A stretch of DNA of 64,000 bases from Octopus sinensis. Its lineage: Eukaryota. Location of the stretch: positions 185,132,001 through 185,196,000 of the forward strand of contig NC_042998.1 of assembly GCF_006345805.1 (NCBI RefSeq). Reading direction: 5' to 3'. Within the stretch, counting starts at the first letter, position 1, and every line of letters begins with the position of its first letter. The notes under the pieces were generated by a model. It was not told the DNA's origin. It saw only the letters and a list, made by a program, of their open reading frames with translations, and did not search any database. The translations under genes were made by a program, and so were the position numbers. Shown piece by piece: positions 39,250 to 54,863 of the stretch.

Positions 39250-39424
39250 CGTGTTTGTGTGTTCGTATGTGTATGTAGATATGCGTGTGTTTCGGTGAAA
39301 GCATTTACTTGTCTGCGTCTAGATGACATGCAAATTGCGTTGGTCAAGAGGGAAGGCAAAATGAGTATAAGAGATAAATGCACTAAGAGCATGATAGGGG
39401 AGAATGACTAATGGACAGGCACAC

Positions 39425-40040
<616 letters not shown>

Positions 40041-40623
40041 GAGAACCGGCCGGTCAAACATGTAGACAAATAATAAAGAGAATCGGTGAGAAGATTTAGA
40101 GTGGCTAAAATATATGTACGCTTTCTGTGGATCTTCACAAACGTTACATGCTACTACCGGTGCTTCTAAGATGAAAGAGTTTTGTAGTTTGGGCTTTTAT
40201 AATCTTTTGTTATGCTTGTTTTCTCAACTGATTGCTGCAGTTATGTGGGTTAGACGTGATGGCTGATGCTGAAGCCATCGTCCAGTCGAAATGGACAGAA
40301 TCAAGTGATATCTGCATCTGCAGCAATCTAGAACAAACGGAAGCCGTAATGAGTCTAATGCGACATCAAAGTGAAAACGTGCTAAGTAGGATTGTTGTGC
40401 CATTGTGAAAGGCAATTGGTGTTTATGATGAGGCAGGCATGCAATAGCTGCTTTCTAGTCTCTGTCGCCCTGTCACTGAGAATTGCTTTAAAACTTTGCG
40501 AATATATACGTGTGTATGTATATGTGTATGATGTACGAAGTATGTGTGCGGGTCAACTGCACATAAATATACACACACACACATACATACACACACAAGT
40601 ACACACACATACACACACACACA

Positions 40624-40657
<34 letters not shown>

Positions 40658-41154
40658 ATCTATCCCTCTCTCTCTCTCTCTCCCGCCATCTTATATACGT
40701 TCTTTCTTTAACTCTTTCGCGAGAGAAGACACTGAGTGTTTTCATTGCTTATACCTGTCATACTTATAACTATCTGATCTACAAAAGTCCTTCAACAGCT
40801 TTCTCCATTTTTCACACATATAATCTCTGCCTTTCTCGCAATCATAACAGAAATCGAACTCAAAAATCCACACAGAAATCCAGCGCCTTAATCTCTAGTT
40901 GCAAACCATATACAGAAAGTTTCCATTTTTAAAATTACAGCAACATTAGTTCTTATATGCATAAATTATATATTTGGTCTATTGAAGACATGAGCAACCT
41001 TTTCTGAGAAGCGGGATGAATGAGACATGGATCATCATGAGGTGGGCGGCACTGCAAAAAAGTTTCAAGGTAACTTTTCGCTTGTGTACCATTCAAGAAA
41101 ATCCTCCGGGCCAGTTTGTGGACGTACGCAGCAACATCTCAAAAATATTGCTGT

Positions 41155-41270
41155 TATTGTTGTTGTTGTTGTTGTTGTTGTTCTTCTTCTTCTTCTTCTT
41201 CTTCTTCTTCTTCTTCTTCTTCTTCTTCTTCTTCTTCTTCTTCTTCTTCTTCTTCTTCTTCTTCTTCTCT
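41155..41270 (+). repeat. (GTT)n(CTT)n tract
   Basis: Direct. Confidence 0.98.
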
Positions 41271-42374
41271 CACTTTCTCTCTCCCTCATTCACTCTATCT
41301 CTCTCTTTCTCTCTCTCCATCTATCTATTTTTCTAACTAACGACAACCAGTTCGGCTTCCATAAATTTAGGTTCCCTACTAACCTACGGACCTTTGTCCC
41401 TCGCGAGTTAGTGTGAAATATTCTGTGACAGCAGTGTTGTTGCCCTCGACAACATTAAAGCTTCAAAGCTTTTCTAAGTATGCGAATCTTCTATCGAAAT
41501 TACCCACCTATATGAACTCTGCCCTTTCCCACCTTTTAGATCGATAGCTTCCAATAAGATCACACTATCACAGCATGTTTATGGTGCTCTTTCTCTTCTC
41601 ATTCTATCACTTCTAGGTGTTTTGTACCCCAATCTCTTAATAGACTAGAGACTTACATACCTTTACATCTAAAAACACCCATTCTCACACAACACTACCC
41701 TTCATTCCATCTTGACCGCTCTTAATTATACATCATCCACACGCAACCTAGACACACACACACCGAACTCTTCCTTGAAGAGAAACCTCGAAAGCACCTC
41801 CTTTTGCAGATATGCCAATTTTGTCTTTTATTATAGCAAAAACCGCTATTCTCGTATCAAGAAACATCATCGCATCACACACTACTTAAACACGAGCAGC
41901 ATCCACTCAGATCCCATACGAAAGTTCCAAATGCGAAAGTTCCATAACTATCAGCGAGCATGTTCCATTCTTAATATAAATAGGACTCCATCCCAACGAC
42001 TGGTATTTTTCTTCGGGGCCCAAAGATACTTCTTCTTCTTTTTTCATTCTCTCTTTCTTTCTCTCTCACTCACTCACTCTCTCTCTCTCTCTCTCTCTTT
42101 CCCTCTCGCCATCTATCTATCTCGTTGGAATTTTGTGACATATGCTAAAAACGTAAATACAGTAAAAAAATTATAACGAAACTGAAATCCGTTATAAGGG
42201 TTAAGTTGCCCAAGGAGATGTACGGTGATACTGTGAAAGCGATCTTAATCGACAAAGAAAAATATAGCAAGTTGAAGGAAAAGTGTAATCTTGAACTACC
42301 GGGATTCGAGGTGGAGTTTGATGAACTTCCGCCAGTAGTAGAACAAAGTGAAATAGAGCCATACATAAGGTATT

Positions 42375-42688
42375 TAGTGGAGGCGCAATGGCCCAGTGGT
42401 TAGGGCAGCGGACTCAAGGTTGTAGGATCGCGGTTTCGATTCCCAAACCGGGCGTTGTGAGTGTTTATTGAGCGAAAACACCTAAAAGCTCCACGAGTCT
42501 CCGGCAGGGGGTAGTGGTGATCCCTGCTGTATTCTTTCGCCACAACTTTCTCTCGCTCTTTCTTCTGTTGGCCTGCTCGCTTAGCCAGCGGGGTGGCGTC
42601 ATTTGAAGGCTAAAACAATGCGAAGCGCATTGTGACCAGCGATGTGTAGCAACATCTGATTGCCTGGTCGGTTACGGTGATCACGATG
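42375..42688 (+). mobile_element. Full-length family D tRNA SINE with a 12-bp TSD
   Basis: TGGCCCAGTGGTTAGG (A box), GGTTTCGATTCCC (B box); TSD ACATAAGGTATT at 42363-42374 and 42689-42700. Confidence 0.9.
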
Positions 42689-43069
42689 ACATAAGGTATT
42701 AAAAAAAGAGAGTAAATTGTTGTTTAAAAAAAAAGGGGGAAAGAATAAACAAAATGATGCTAATAGTAAAAAAAAACACCGAAAAAGTAAAAGATTATAA
42801 ACTGAAATTAAGAACGTTCAAATGGTACTGCATGTGAATGAGGTGCATGCAGCCATTTCATCACCATCCATTTCATTATACATTTTTCCATTTTTCATTC
42901 GTTTTATGTTTTTTGTCCCCAGTGTGGTATTATGTCTGTCCTTGTGCTGCCCCCCCCCCACTGTGTCATAGCCTAGGTGCCAAAGAAAACGAATTACAGA
43001 AGATATTTCAACCCCTCAATGGAACACTATATCCACATCTGATATGATGCTGCTGATGTACGCATAAAT

Positions 43070-43460
43070 ATCTTAAACCAGACTCAGAAAAGAGTCACTC
43101 AATTGATTGGTATAAAGTCACTCAAAGACGCACTCCAGTCTCAGATCTGCTGCTTCTGTATCGGGAATGATGATATCGCTACGTACACAAGAATACTACG
43201 ATAATACTTACAAAAACATCAACATGGCTAGTTTGAGGTACACTATAATCATCAATCAACGGTTTTTACTCAGCTGAATTATAAAACTTTCCAACCTACC
43301 GTATACACACTTCTTAGCTCGAATCACCAAATGTCTCATGTCAAATATATTAGCACAAGTATTTTTTCCAAATCCTTCTAATCTATAAGTTGACTCCTTT
43401 GGCAATCCACCCTGCCTTCATTTTACCCTACAGTCATCAATCTATGAAAGTAGATATTGA
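43070..43460 (+). pseudogene. CR1/L2-group LINE RT 3' relic
   Basis: QKRVTQLIG..SL.DALQS.. and S(I)FSKS..NL..(L)P motifs typical of the CR1/L2 RT C-terminus; heavily decayed. Confidence 0.5.
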
Positions 43461-43662
43461 ACATTAGAATGAAAACCCTGAAAGATCATAAGCATTTCAC
43501 ATACAAAAATATCTTTAGATGTACATATCCTTATAAATCGCAAATAAAACAAACCGTGTATGTGTTGTGTGCGTGTTCTTGCGCGTGCGTGTGTGTGTAG
43601 TGTGTGTCACTAACGATTATAAAATATTTTAGTCTTTCCATTAGATCGGAATATGAGTTCAT

Positions 43663-44077
43663 GGATCTTTTCGGTTTGACCGGCAGTTTTTTCTAGCGGT
43701 GTCATATGAAATTGTCACCCATAATTATGACCCTAGTATCGAGCTATTGCATTTCAATCTGTTTTATGGTTAGGGTTAGTGTTAGGGTTGGTTAGGGATA
43801 GGGTGGGGGAAGGGTATTTTTTTTTCTTCAGAAATGTAAATAAACCCAATCTGTTTCTTAAACGAGGACATATTCATATGGCACAGAATGTTTTCACCTC
43901 AATAGACGTCATTGATTGGTTGAAATTGCAGAAATTGAAGAAAAACTATAGAATTTTCTCAATAAAGCCAAGAGAAAAAGATGTTTTATAAACACATTCT
44001 ACCAGTATACGAAGTTTAAAAGTGTTTAGTTACGTGGAAATTATTTTAAAAAACTGCCGGTCAAACCAAAAAGATCC
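43663..44077. mobile_element. MITE with GGATCTTTTCGGTTTGA TIRs, copy 1
   Basis: 8-bp TSD GAGTTCAT; internal TTAGGG-like tract. Confidence 0.9.
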
Positions 44078-44114
44078 GAGTTCATTATTACAGAAAAATC
44101 CATGTTATATCTGA

Positions 44115-44830
<716 letters not shown>

Positions 44831-45639
44831 AAAGTCTGAAATAGTTATATCAGACATACCAATGCGTGAGGTCGACTAACGTCAACAGTACGAAACCTTC
44901 AGGTATGAGGAAATAATAGCTTTACACCGCACCTGTCTAACACAGGTGTGTATTGAACACTTCACGATTTTGCACGGAAACAAACAAAAAAAAACATACG
45001 TGTGCTTCTATGCATGTGCTTGTGTGTATGTGTGTATGTGTGTATGTGTCAGTGTTTTGTCTGCTTTTCTGAAAAGTCTCTTTAACAATATATTCTGTAC
45101 ATTTAACCTGTATCACAGACTTCACACACTACACACCCCAGTTCGCTTCCTCCTCCTCCTTTTACTCCATCCCCCGCCTCCATTTCATCGCCATCATCAT
45201 GACGCCATCTTTATAATTATGAGAATTATTAAGACTATTATTGTACTGTTGATTTCTTTTGTGGTAGTTGTTAAACTTTCAAAACTGTTTTATCAACCAT
45301 GCTGTTAGTGCCCTGATTATTATTAAGTCAGTCCATAGATTAGCGATTGTAGCCATTAACTATAAAGCTATTGTCCGGTTTGAAATTAAATTTGCCCAAA
45401 ATAGGTTTTTCCTATAACTGAACAGATCGCCATATCAACTTTATTATCACCGATATAATTCTTCGCCTTTCCCTCTGCAATTTAATTATACAGCCACATT
45501 AATAAAAATGAGCAGCTCGATATAAAACTATTCTTCACTGCTTCGCTTTCGAATCGATCTCCTTGTCAAGAGATAAAATTAAGAACATAGTAGCATTCAT
45601 TTGGCCAGGTGTTCAAGGCAGTATGTTTTACGAGAGGAA

Positions 45640-46456
45640 AGGCGAAGAGCTGGCAGAATCGTTAGCACACCGGGCCAAATTCTTACCGGTATTTCGTCTG
45701 TCTTGACGTTCTGAGTTCAAATTCCGCCGAGGTCGACTTCGCCTTTCATCCTTTCGGGGTCGATAAATTAAGTACCAGTTACGCACTGGAGTCGTTGTAA
45801 TCGACTTAATCCGTTTATCTGTCCTTGTGTGTCCCCTCTATGTTCAGCCCCTTGTGGGCAATAAAGAAATAAGAAACGTTAGCACGCCGGGCGAAATGGG
45901 TAGCTGTATTTCGTCTGTCTTGACGTTCTGAGTTCAAATTCCGCCGAGGTCGACTTTGCCTTTCATCCTTTCGGGGTCGATAAATTAAGTACCAGTAACG
46001 CACTGAGGTCGATGTAATCGACTTAATCCGTTTGTCTATCCTTGTTTGTCCCCTCTGTGTTTAGACCCTTGTGGGTAGTAAAGAAGTAGGTATTTCGTCT
46101 GCCACTACGTTCTGAGTTCAAATTCCGCCGAGGTCGACTTTACCTTTCATCCTTTCGGAGTCGATTGCATAAGTACCAGTTACGCACTGGGGTCGATATA
46201 ATCGACTTAATCCGTCTGTCTGTCCTTGTTTGTCCGCTCTGTGTTTAGTCCTTTGTGGGTAGTAAAGAAATAGGTATTTCGTCTGCCGCTACGTTCTGAG
46301 TTCAAATTCCGCCGAGGTCGACTTTGCCCTTCATCCTTTCGGGGACGATAAATTAAGTACCATTTACGCACTGGGGTCGATGTAATCGACTTAATACCTA
46401 CGTCTGTCCTTGTTTGTCCCCTCTGTGTTTAGCCCCTCGTGGGCAGTAAAAAAACA
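45640..46456 (+). mobile_element. Four-unit family C SINE array within one 17-bp TSD
   Basis: TSD ATGTTTTACGAGAGGAA at 45623-45639 and 46457-46473. Confidence 0.9.
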
Positions 46457-47585
46457 ATGTTTTACGAGAGGAATAAATGTGAAGTGATGCTCTCTTTTTT
46501 TTTTATTGACGGTAGTAACTAGAAGTGAAACAGATTCAGCCGGAAATCGAAACCGTAACACCAAGTTCAGCACGCCAGCTCTTACTTAGTTGCAAAGTGT
46601 AGAGTTTTGTGGAACATAGAAAATGGGAGGTTATAACATGGGATGTTGCGGATTTACCAGTGTATATTAAGTAAAATAGTAAAACTTAACTTTTACATCT
46701 TGGGTGAAAACTCTGAACATGTTTCTGACTTTTTAAAACCTTCTCGGCAAAGCCTATATCACTGCCGGCAGCCGAAACGTTAGGTATAGGATTTTGTGAG
46801 AAAATATTTCTTTGTGAGTAAATTGTTTCACACAAGCACGCATGCACACACACACACACACACATGCTGCTCAGTGCTATTATCCAAACTATTATACGTA
46901 TCAGAGACAGGGATGTCATATAGCAAACAGGTAAAATAACTGCATGTATTTGTGTTAAAGTATTCAAACACAAATCTTGAATATCAGACAGAGAAACGAA
47001 GTCGGGAACAAACTCATCCTTGGGAAATCCTTGTATAGAGAGATTTACTTCTAGCTAAAAGTTGCCAAGAATTAGGCCCATTATAATTTAATAAAGTACC
47101 AAAAGTGAGCTAGAGTAATCTAATAGCATCAATTTAGACAATTCGAGTAGGTGGTGATGTAGTGATTGATGTGCGCAAAAAATCCTAGATGCATTGAAAT
47201 TTACCATTGAGTAGGGGGAAATAAACAAAAACCTCCTGGAATTTGTTAGAGATCCACAAAGAAAAAGGAAGATAATTTCAAGAAATTAAGAAAGAATTTT
47301 ACAAGAAATTGAATTTTCATAATTAGAGAGGAAATTCTCATGTTCGTTAGCAAACAACATGACGACTACGGGGATGTTTCGATTTTATTAAGCCTCATCA
47401 GCGATCATGGTTATTTTTTTTGTTTTTTTTCACGTCTGTTTCGATCAATAAACAGAGATTTTTGCAAAGAGAAAATATCTAGGAAGTTTATTTTGACTAA
47501 TATAATTTGCAAAATTACCAGAAGTTATCTGAGGGGAAATTACCATGAATTTAAATCATTCAGTTAAGTAGCAATTACCGAATAA

Positions 47586-47589
<4 letters not shown>

Positions 47590-47620
<31 letters not shown>

Positions 47621-47645
47621 TGTATGTACGTACGTACGTACACAC

Positions 47646-47719
<74 letters not shown>

Positions 47720-47725
47720 ACAGAC

Positions 47726-47819
<94 letters not shown>

Positions 47820-47840
47820 ACAGACAGACAAACAGATAGA
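47590..47840 (+). repeat. (TATG)n(GATA)n tract
   Basis: Direct. Confidence 0.97.
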
Positions 47841-48036
47841 TATGTTTCTTTATTAGCCACACAGTGCTGCACAAAGACGGGACAAATTACAATGTAGAGC
47901 TTTTCTTTTGGGGATAAAAAAAGGGGGTTTGGTTTTGATCAAAAGGGATCGTAAAAAGAAAGAAAGGGGAAAGCAAAAAAAAGGGAGGGGAATAAAATAA
48001 AAGGAAAAAGAAAAAAATCGATCAATAGGGATCGTT

Positions 48037-48067
<31 letters not shown>

Positions 48068-48068
48068 T

Positions 48069-48107
<39 letters not shown>

Positions 48108-48435
48108 TAGATACTTTCACTTTCTTGTTTCAGTAATTGAACTGCGGAGCACCCCCTTGAAATATTTAGATGATCAAATCAACCCCAGTATTAATTTTAA
48201 GTTTTCTACTTAAAATCGATCTGCCAAAATCGGCTCGCCAACTTGATTCATAAGGCATTGGTTGGCCTGACAAAAATGAGCTAAGAGCAATAACTCAAAG
48301 TGAGCAGTGCCGTGTATTTGAACAGCATAGATAAATACAAGTATAACAAACACTATACAAGGCCATAAATATGTTCTTCTCTTCTGGTATTAGTCTAAGT
48401 ACTTTGGTTATTGGAGATATGATTGAACAGTTGTC

Positions 48436-48475
48436 GTGCTGATGACGCCTATAAAGACAGAAACACGTACCCATT
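48436..48475 (+). ncRNA. Degenerate hammerhead-like motif
   Basis: CTGATGA-C-GCCT[ATAA]AGAC-A-GAAA-C[AC]GTA-CCCAT; stems I and II are imperfect. Confidence 0.35.
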
Positions 48476-48824
48476 AAGTCTGTCCTTTTTCTTTAATGAT
48501 GTCAAGTTTGGAGAATTTTAAAAAATTCATACTTGAGATTTGGTACTCATGAAACGTTCTGTAGAGGCGGAGATAATTTTAATAAATCAAGAATTTGTGT
48601 TGTGTGGTATTTGTTATACCTGTATTTGTAGATAGACAGACAGGCTGACAGACAGGGAGAGAGTCTAAGTGAATAAGTGAAAGCAATCTGAAACGTTCAG
48701 GTTCTTAGTTCAACTCCTGCTGAAGCTGAATAAGGCTTTCATCTCCATGAGGTAAACAGCATAACTGTCCTCTAAGAGAGATAGAGAGAAAGCAAGAGAG
48801 AGAGAGACACACACAGAGAAAGAA

Positions 48825-48924
<100 letters not shown>

Positions 48925-49412
48925 GCTGAATTGCTTTTTCTAGCATTCTTGATAAGATTGATAAGAATGCTAGAGATGTGTAAACGCTGCCTTGTCTGAG
49001 TCAAACAACATTTTCACCGGAAAGTTCCGCTTTGCAATTCCAAGACAATGTTACTTGTGAATCGTTATGGAACGTGAATTCAATATGTCTCTGAACTTTT
49101 CCGCCATGCATAAATTAGTTCTGCTGTAGAATATGAGAATTTATGTCTTTCTGTCTCTGCAAGTTTATGGTATTGATTCTGTGTCTACCTCCTGTTCTAT
49201 AGGAGGAGGAGGAGGAGGAGGAGGAGGAGGAGAAGAAGGAGGAGGAGGAGGAGGAAAAAAGATTGTGAATTGGATGCAGGTTTGTATGGTGCTGGCATTC
49301 TTCGTTGTCCTTCGTATATTTTTACATCTATTCTTAAGTATTCTTGCTGTAATTCTTTATATATGTGTATTTCTATTATATATGTATTCAAACGTTTATA
49401 CACACACATAGT

Positions 49413-49462
<50 letters not shown>

Positions 49463-49973
49463 ATATAAAATAAAATTCTTGTTGGATTGAACGACAAATT
49501 ATTGTTTATACTTTTAAGCAAAGTTAAACATGATAATACATGTGTGAAGTATAAAAATTCAATGGATTCGAACTCACATTTTCTCAGCTGACGTTATATA
49601 CGTGTATGTGTGTAAAAGAACACATCCATATCTTTGTATCTCCGACATAATATGAGTGTGGATGAAATATTCATATTAATTTTGTATACATGACCTCCTT
49701 CTCACAGTCTCATTTACCCCACCTCTGTCTCATACACACACACAAACATTACATATATATGTATATATATATATATGATTTTCAGTTCAATTCTTTGACA
49801 AAAGAATCAATGTCGCAACTTCTCTCTTTGGTTAAAATGTAAGAGTTTCGGTCTACCTGCCCGTGAAACAAAAACAAATTATCAAAATGTACACTTCTGC
49901 GTTAATATATGAGCCTATATGTCTATATGCGTTTATGTATATACATATACATAGTTAAATGGGTATGTGAATA

Positions 49974-50013
<40 letters not shown>

Positions 50014-50869
50014 GTGTGTGTGTGTGTGTATGTGTGTGTGTGTGTTGTGTGTGTTGTGTTGTCTGCTGACCTAGACATGATTTGCACTTTGAGAAACCGT
50101 TCTATGCACAATTCCTTTTCAGTTGACGTGCATTTAAGCGCGAAAGAATTGTGCCTGTATATTCAGCATATATTTGAAATATATTGGATTCTTACATGCT
50201 TATACATATTGCATGATTTAAATATGAGCATATGTGAGTGAGCAATCGCACACACACATTATATATACTTGAGTGTGTGTGCGTGCGTGCGGGTGCAAAT
50301 ATAAGCACAAACACAAAAATATGACAAGGAAATACACACAAATAAATATATGCGTATATGGGAGGTGTGATAAAACATATGTAAGTATTTGTATGAATCT
50401 AAATTCATCATTTCTTAAATCGGCTCGGGGCTACAGATTCACAAAGACAGTTTATTGTCGATTATCATTGACGCAGTACATGTCTGGTATTCCTTTTATC
50501 GACTGCGTGGCAAGAAGATGAATCATTTCTGCAGGCATTTAAACACAAATCGTGAAATGTAACGGCAAAAATAACTGTTACAAGATATATTTGTAAAGGC
50601 TCTCTTTCATTTTTGCCAGCCCAGTATTTTCATGAGTCTCTGCGAATTGAATCAGTGTCCTAGTTTCAATTCCTGGTTTTTGATCGACTTCACGTTTGTT
50701 GTTGAGGCCAATTGTTATGACTTCAATATCATCACAGTTTGTTATGACTTCAATATTATCATAGTCTTGGGTTTTATATGTTGTTCAAACGTATTCGTAA
50801 TTCGGACACATTATTCGAAAATATGTACTCTTGAAAATGCTCTTCAAACATGAATGCATTTCTAATATC

Positions 50870-51620
50870 TATTTATTTATTTATGCGCCCTTTTCAAGCC
50901 TAGCCAGGCTCATGGGCCCGGTTTCCTGGTTTTTGTGGCGTATGTGTTCCCCCCAGCTGGACGGGATGCCAGTCCATCGCAGCGTTAGTCAAGAAACAGG
51001 AAGAGAGAGTGAGAGAAAGTTGGTTGCGAAAGAGAACAACAGGGATCACCACCCCAACCCTCTGTCGGAGCCTCGTGGAGCTTTAGGTGTTTTCGCTCAA
51101 TAAACACGCACAACGCCGGGTTTGGGAATCGAAACCGTGATCTTCCGACCGCGAGTCAGCTGCCCTAACCACTGGGCCATTGCGCCTCCTCGTTTCTAAT
51201 ATAAATGAATTTTAAATATTTTAGTCATATACCGATCGGTTTTTAAGTGGAGGCGCGTGGCTTAATGGTTAGGGTGTTGGGCTAATGATGTAGATAATCC
51301 CGAGTTAAATAGACTCATAGGGTCAGTTTCCATAACGTGTATACTCCCCACCTGGACGGGATGCCAGTCCGTCGAAGAATTCCTCATTTTTACCAATTGA
51401 GTGAATTGGAGCAACATGAACTGAAGTAAGATTGTGGTTTCGATTCCTGGACCGGGTGGCGCGTTGCGTTCTTGACCAAAGCTCGTTGCTCGAATTCACT
51501 CGACTGGCAAAAATGAGTAATCCTGCGATGAGCCGGCGTCATGTCCAGGCAGGGAATATACACGTGATGGAAACTGGGGAGCCAGCCTTGTGAGCCTATG
51601 TGACTTGGGAAGGATCTTTA
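50870..51620. mobile_element. Two family D-type SINEs (- 50870-51190; + 51247-51620)
   Basis: Heads GGAGGCGC..GGC..AGTGGTTAGGG and the shared CTGGACGGGATGCCAGTCC block. Confidence 0.75.
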
Positions 51621-51814
51621 TCTACATATACATTACTCTGTGCAAATCAAAATGTTACTTACCCTCCTTCAACTACCAGTTACAGTATAACTGAGTAGTT
51701 AAAGAATTCGGTTCGATCTTACTACTTCTGTAAATGTGTGAGGATGTTTTTAAAAAAATTATTTATTTATTTATTTATTTATTGCATATGTAAATGGTTA
51801 AGAAACTTGCATTG

Positions 51815-51953
51815 CAACCACATAGTTTAGAGTTCGGTCCCTCTTTTCGGCACTTTGGGCAAGTGTCTTCTGATAGCCCCAGTACGACCAATGCCTTGTG
51901 AGTCACTTTAATAGATGGAAACTGTGTGTGTAAGCCTGTTGTACATGTGTGTG

Positions 51954-51988
<35 letters not shown>

Positions 51989-52033
51989 GTGTTGTGTGTT
52001 GTGTGTGTGTGTGTGTGTGTGTTTGTGTGTGTG

Positions 52034-52091
<58 letters not shown>

Positions 52092-52270
52092 TTGTGTGTC
52101 TTCCGCCACTGCTTGTCTACCGGTATTGGTACTTATGGTTCGACAAAAGGGACTGAATATGTACCAGGCATTAAAAATGAAAAACAAGTACTGCAGTTGA
52201 TATATTTAACTAAAACTCTTCAAAACGGTGCCTTGGTATGGCCGTAGTCCGATGACTGAAACAAGTAACA
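51815..52270 (+). mobile_element. Old family A SINE with expanded (TG)n
   Basis: Head, CORE-like block and tail ACTGAAACAAGTAA. Confidence 0.75.
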
Positions 52271-54011
52271 TACACATACACACATTCATGTATGTATGTA
52301 TGTATGTATGTATGTATGTATGTATGTATGTATGTATGTATGTATGTATGTATGTATGCATCCATCCTCGGGTTCACCCATACCTTTTTACTGAAATAGA
52401 GTAGACAGAACCAGTACAGAAGCCCATCGATGTATTTGTAACTGAAAAGTTACGGATTTTCACAGAGTTTGTCAAACTGACTCTAAGAATTACGCTGTCT
52501 GTAATAGGCTCAATCATTTATGCGTTAATTTGGTCCCAGGTTATGCAGTTGTTCGAACAATGAACCCACACCGCATTTCGATTTGGGGTAGCAAAGTTTA
52601 ATCAAGCTCTTCAAACAGAGCTCCACATATTTAGATATTTCATGGAACTGTATTTCAATTCAATTCAATTCTGCGGTCTTAAGTTATAAGCTTATCACAA
52701 CGTTCATTTTAACACCCACCATCAGCTTTCTATGTGTCTTAAACACAGTTCACACCGAATCGTAGCAATTCGGATCAGACCCGTACTTCCTTCCCTTCTC
52801 ACATATGTTTCTAGCTGACAAAGAGCTGTACATGCTCAGGGATGAGCGTTGACTGTGATGGACATTACCTCACACCACTTATCGTATTCTGGAAGATAAA
52901 ATACAGTATTTACGCCATTGATAACTGAATTAAAATCTGGTCTGGGGAGAATTAACAAAAATTACTGACAAAAACCCATTATACAATAAATAATAATGAG
53001 TTCATATACCAACATAGTGGCCGTATATGATTGTTTGTTTTTTTTTCTTGCTGTTTTTAAACTAATGGGATGTAGATGCAACTGATGTTCAACTTGAACT
53101 TTGGTTTTGAGAAAACGTGGACAGGGAAAGAATTTCAGGAGGATGCAATTCTAATGTAGGAGGGAAATTGAGCAAAATGTTTATTGTCATGTTTAGGATG
53201 AGAGCAGAGACTATGCCTCTTGCTAATTCAGAGGAAAAGCCAATGCAGAAAAAGACGAAAAGGAAACAGTATATGTAGGCCATGCACGCACGCACACGCA
53301 CACATCATACACTTTCTTTAAGTATATGACGCTTGTGCGTAATAAAAGCGCCGTCATAGATATGAGCTGTATTTCTATATGGGTCTTATTTGATGAGCAG
53401 CTGATCTGGGTAGAAATATCTTCTGGTCAAGAAAAAATGTCATTTCAGCAATTGTATACATCAGAAATTGTAAAGTCCAGTATATGTAGTAACTTTGAAT
53501 GTCTTATCTTTATAAATGTATTTCCTTCTTGTGTGGAACGATTATTTTGTTTTATCACTGAAGGAGATTAGGTTTCAAGTTCCTCACTGTAGGATATTTT
53601 CGAGGTCCCTCTTCACAAAACAGCGCGAGTCTAGAAAGATGCCTTCATGTTTAACAATATTGACTATATCGAATGCCAATTCTAATAGAAATTTAAAATT
53701 ACTTCTTTCTGCATCAAAAATCCATAGATTTATAGCTGGGATGTATAATCGACTGACTTAACTTTCGATACTTGATTGGTACTTTTCTTTTATCCAGCTC
53801 AGAGGAATGAAAAGTCAACTTTGGTGGGTTTTGATGGGAACATAAAAGTACGAAAATAAATAAGGGTTTAATCCAACGCTCTACTTGTACTTACTGTACT
53901 TCATCCTTAGAATAAAAATAACACTGATTTCTTACGTGGAGGTAAAGCTACACATTAATAAAAGAGAAACATATTTAGATACCCTAAACTCCCATTATAA
54001 TATAGCTATAG

Positions 54012-54430
54012 GGATCTTTTCGGTTTGAACGGCAGTTTTTTTCTAGTGGTGTCATATGAAATTGTCACCCATAATTATGACTCTAGTATCGATCTATTGC
54101 ATTTCAATCTGTTTTAGAGTTAGGGTTAGTTTGGGTTAGGGGAACGGTATCTTTTTTTCTTCAGAAATGTAAATAAACCCAATCTGTTTCTTAAACGAGG
54201 AAATATTCATACGGCACAGAATGTTTTCCCCTCAATAGACGTCACTGATTGGTTGAAATTGCAGAAATTGAAGAAGAAAAACAACAAATATCTTACAAAC
54301 TATAGAATTTTCTCAATAAAGCCAAGAGAAAAAGATGTTTTATAAACACATTCTACCAGTATACGAAGTTTAAAATTTTTTAGTTACCTAGAAATTATAT
54401 TAAAAACTGCCGTTCAAACCGAAAAGATCC
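54012..54430. mobile_element. MITE with GGATC TIRs, copy 2
   Basis: 9-bp TSD TAGCTATAG. Confidence 0.9.
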
Positions 54431-54789
54431 TAGCTATAGCTGTTTTTTTTTTTTTTTACTGGCTGCAAGGGAAAGCAGTCGGCAGTAGCAAGATTTGATC
54501 TCAGAACGTAAAACAATGAAAACCGAATGCTACAAAATATTTTGTCTGGTGCTCTGTAATTTCGAAAATAATCGCTGTCCTTAAATGAAATTGGTAATAA
54601 TAATAAGCATATTTCAAAAATGTTCTTTGCACAAAAGTTATGCTTCAGACATGTTATTCAAGCATAAATACATTTCAGATTTGTTCATTTCTGTGTTTTT
54701 CTTTTCTTTTCTTTTTTTTCTTTTTTGTTTACAAGTACAAACGTGTTTCAAACACATATATATTTCAATCACGTATGATTGTTGAAAAC

Positions 54790-54820
54790 AAATATATATA
54801 TATATATATTATATATATAT

Positions 54821-54863
<43 letters not shown>

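Noticed and set aside
45640-46456. CRISPR-like or functional tRNA-gene interpretation of the SINE arrays
   Set aside because: The units are whole homologous ~180-bp SINE bodies without unique spacers, and the heads do not fold into a cloverleaf.
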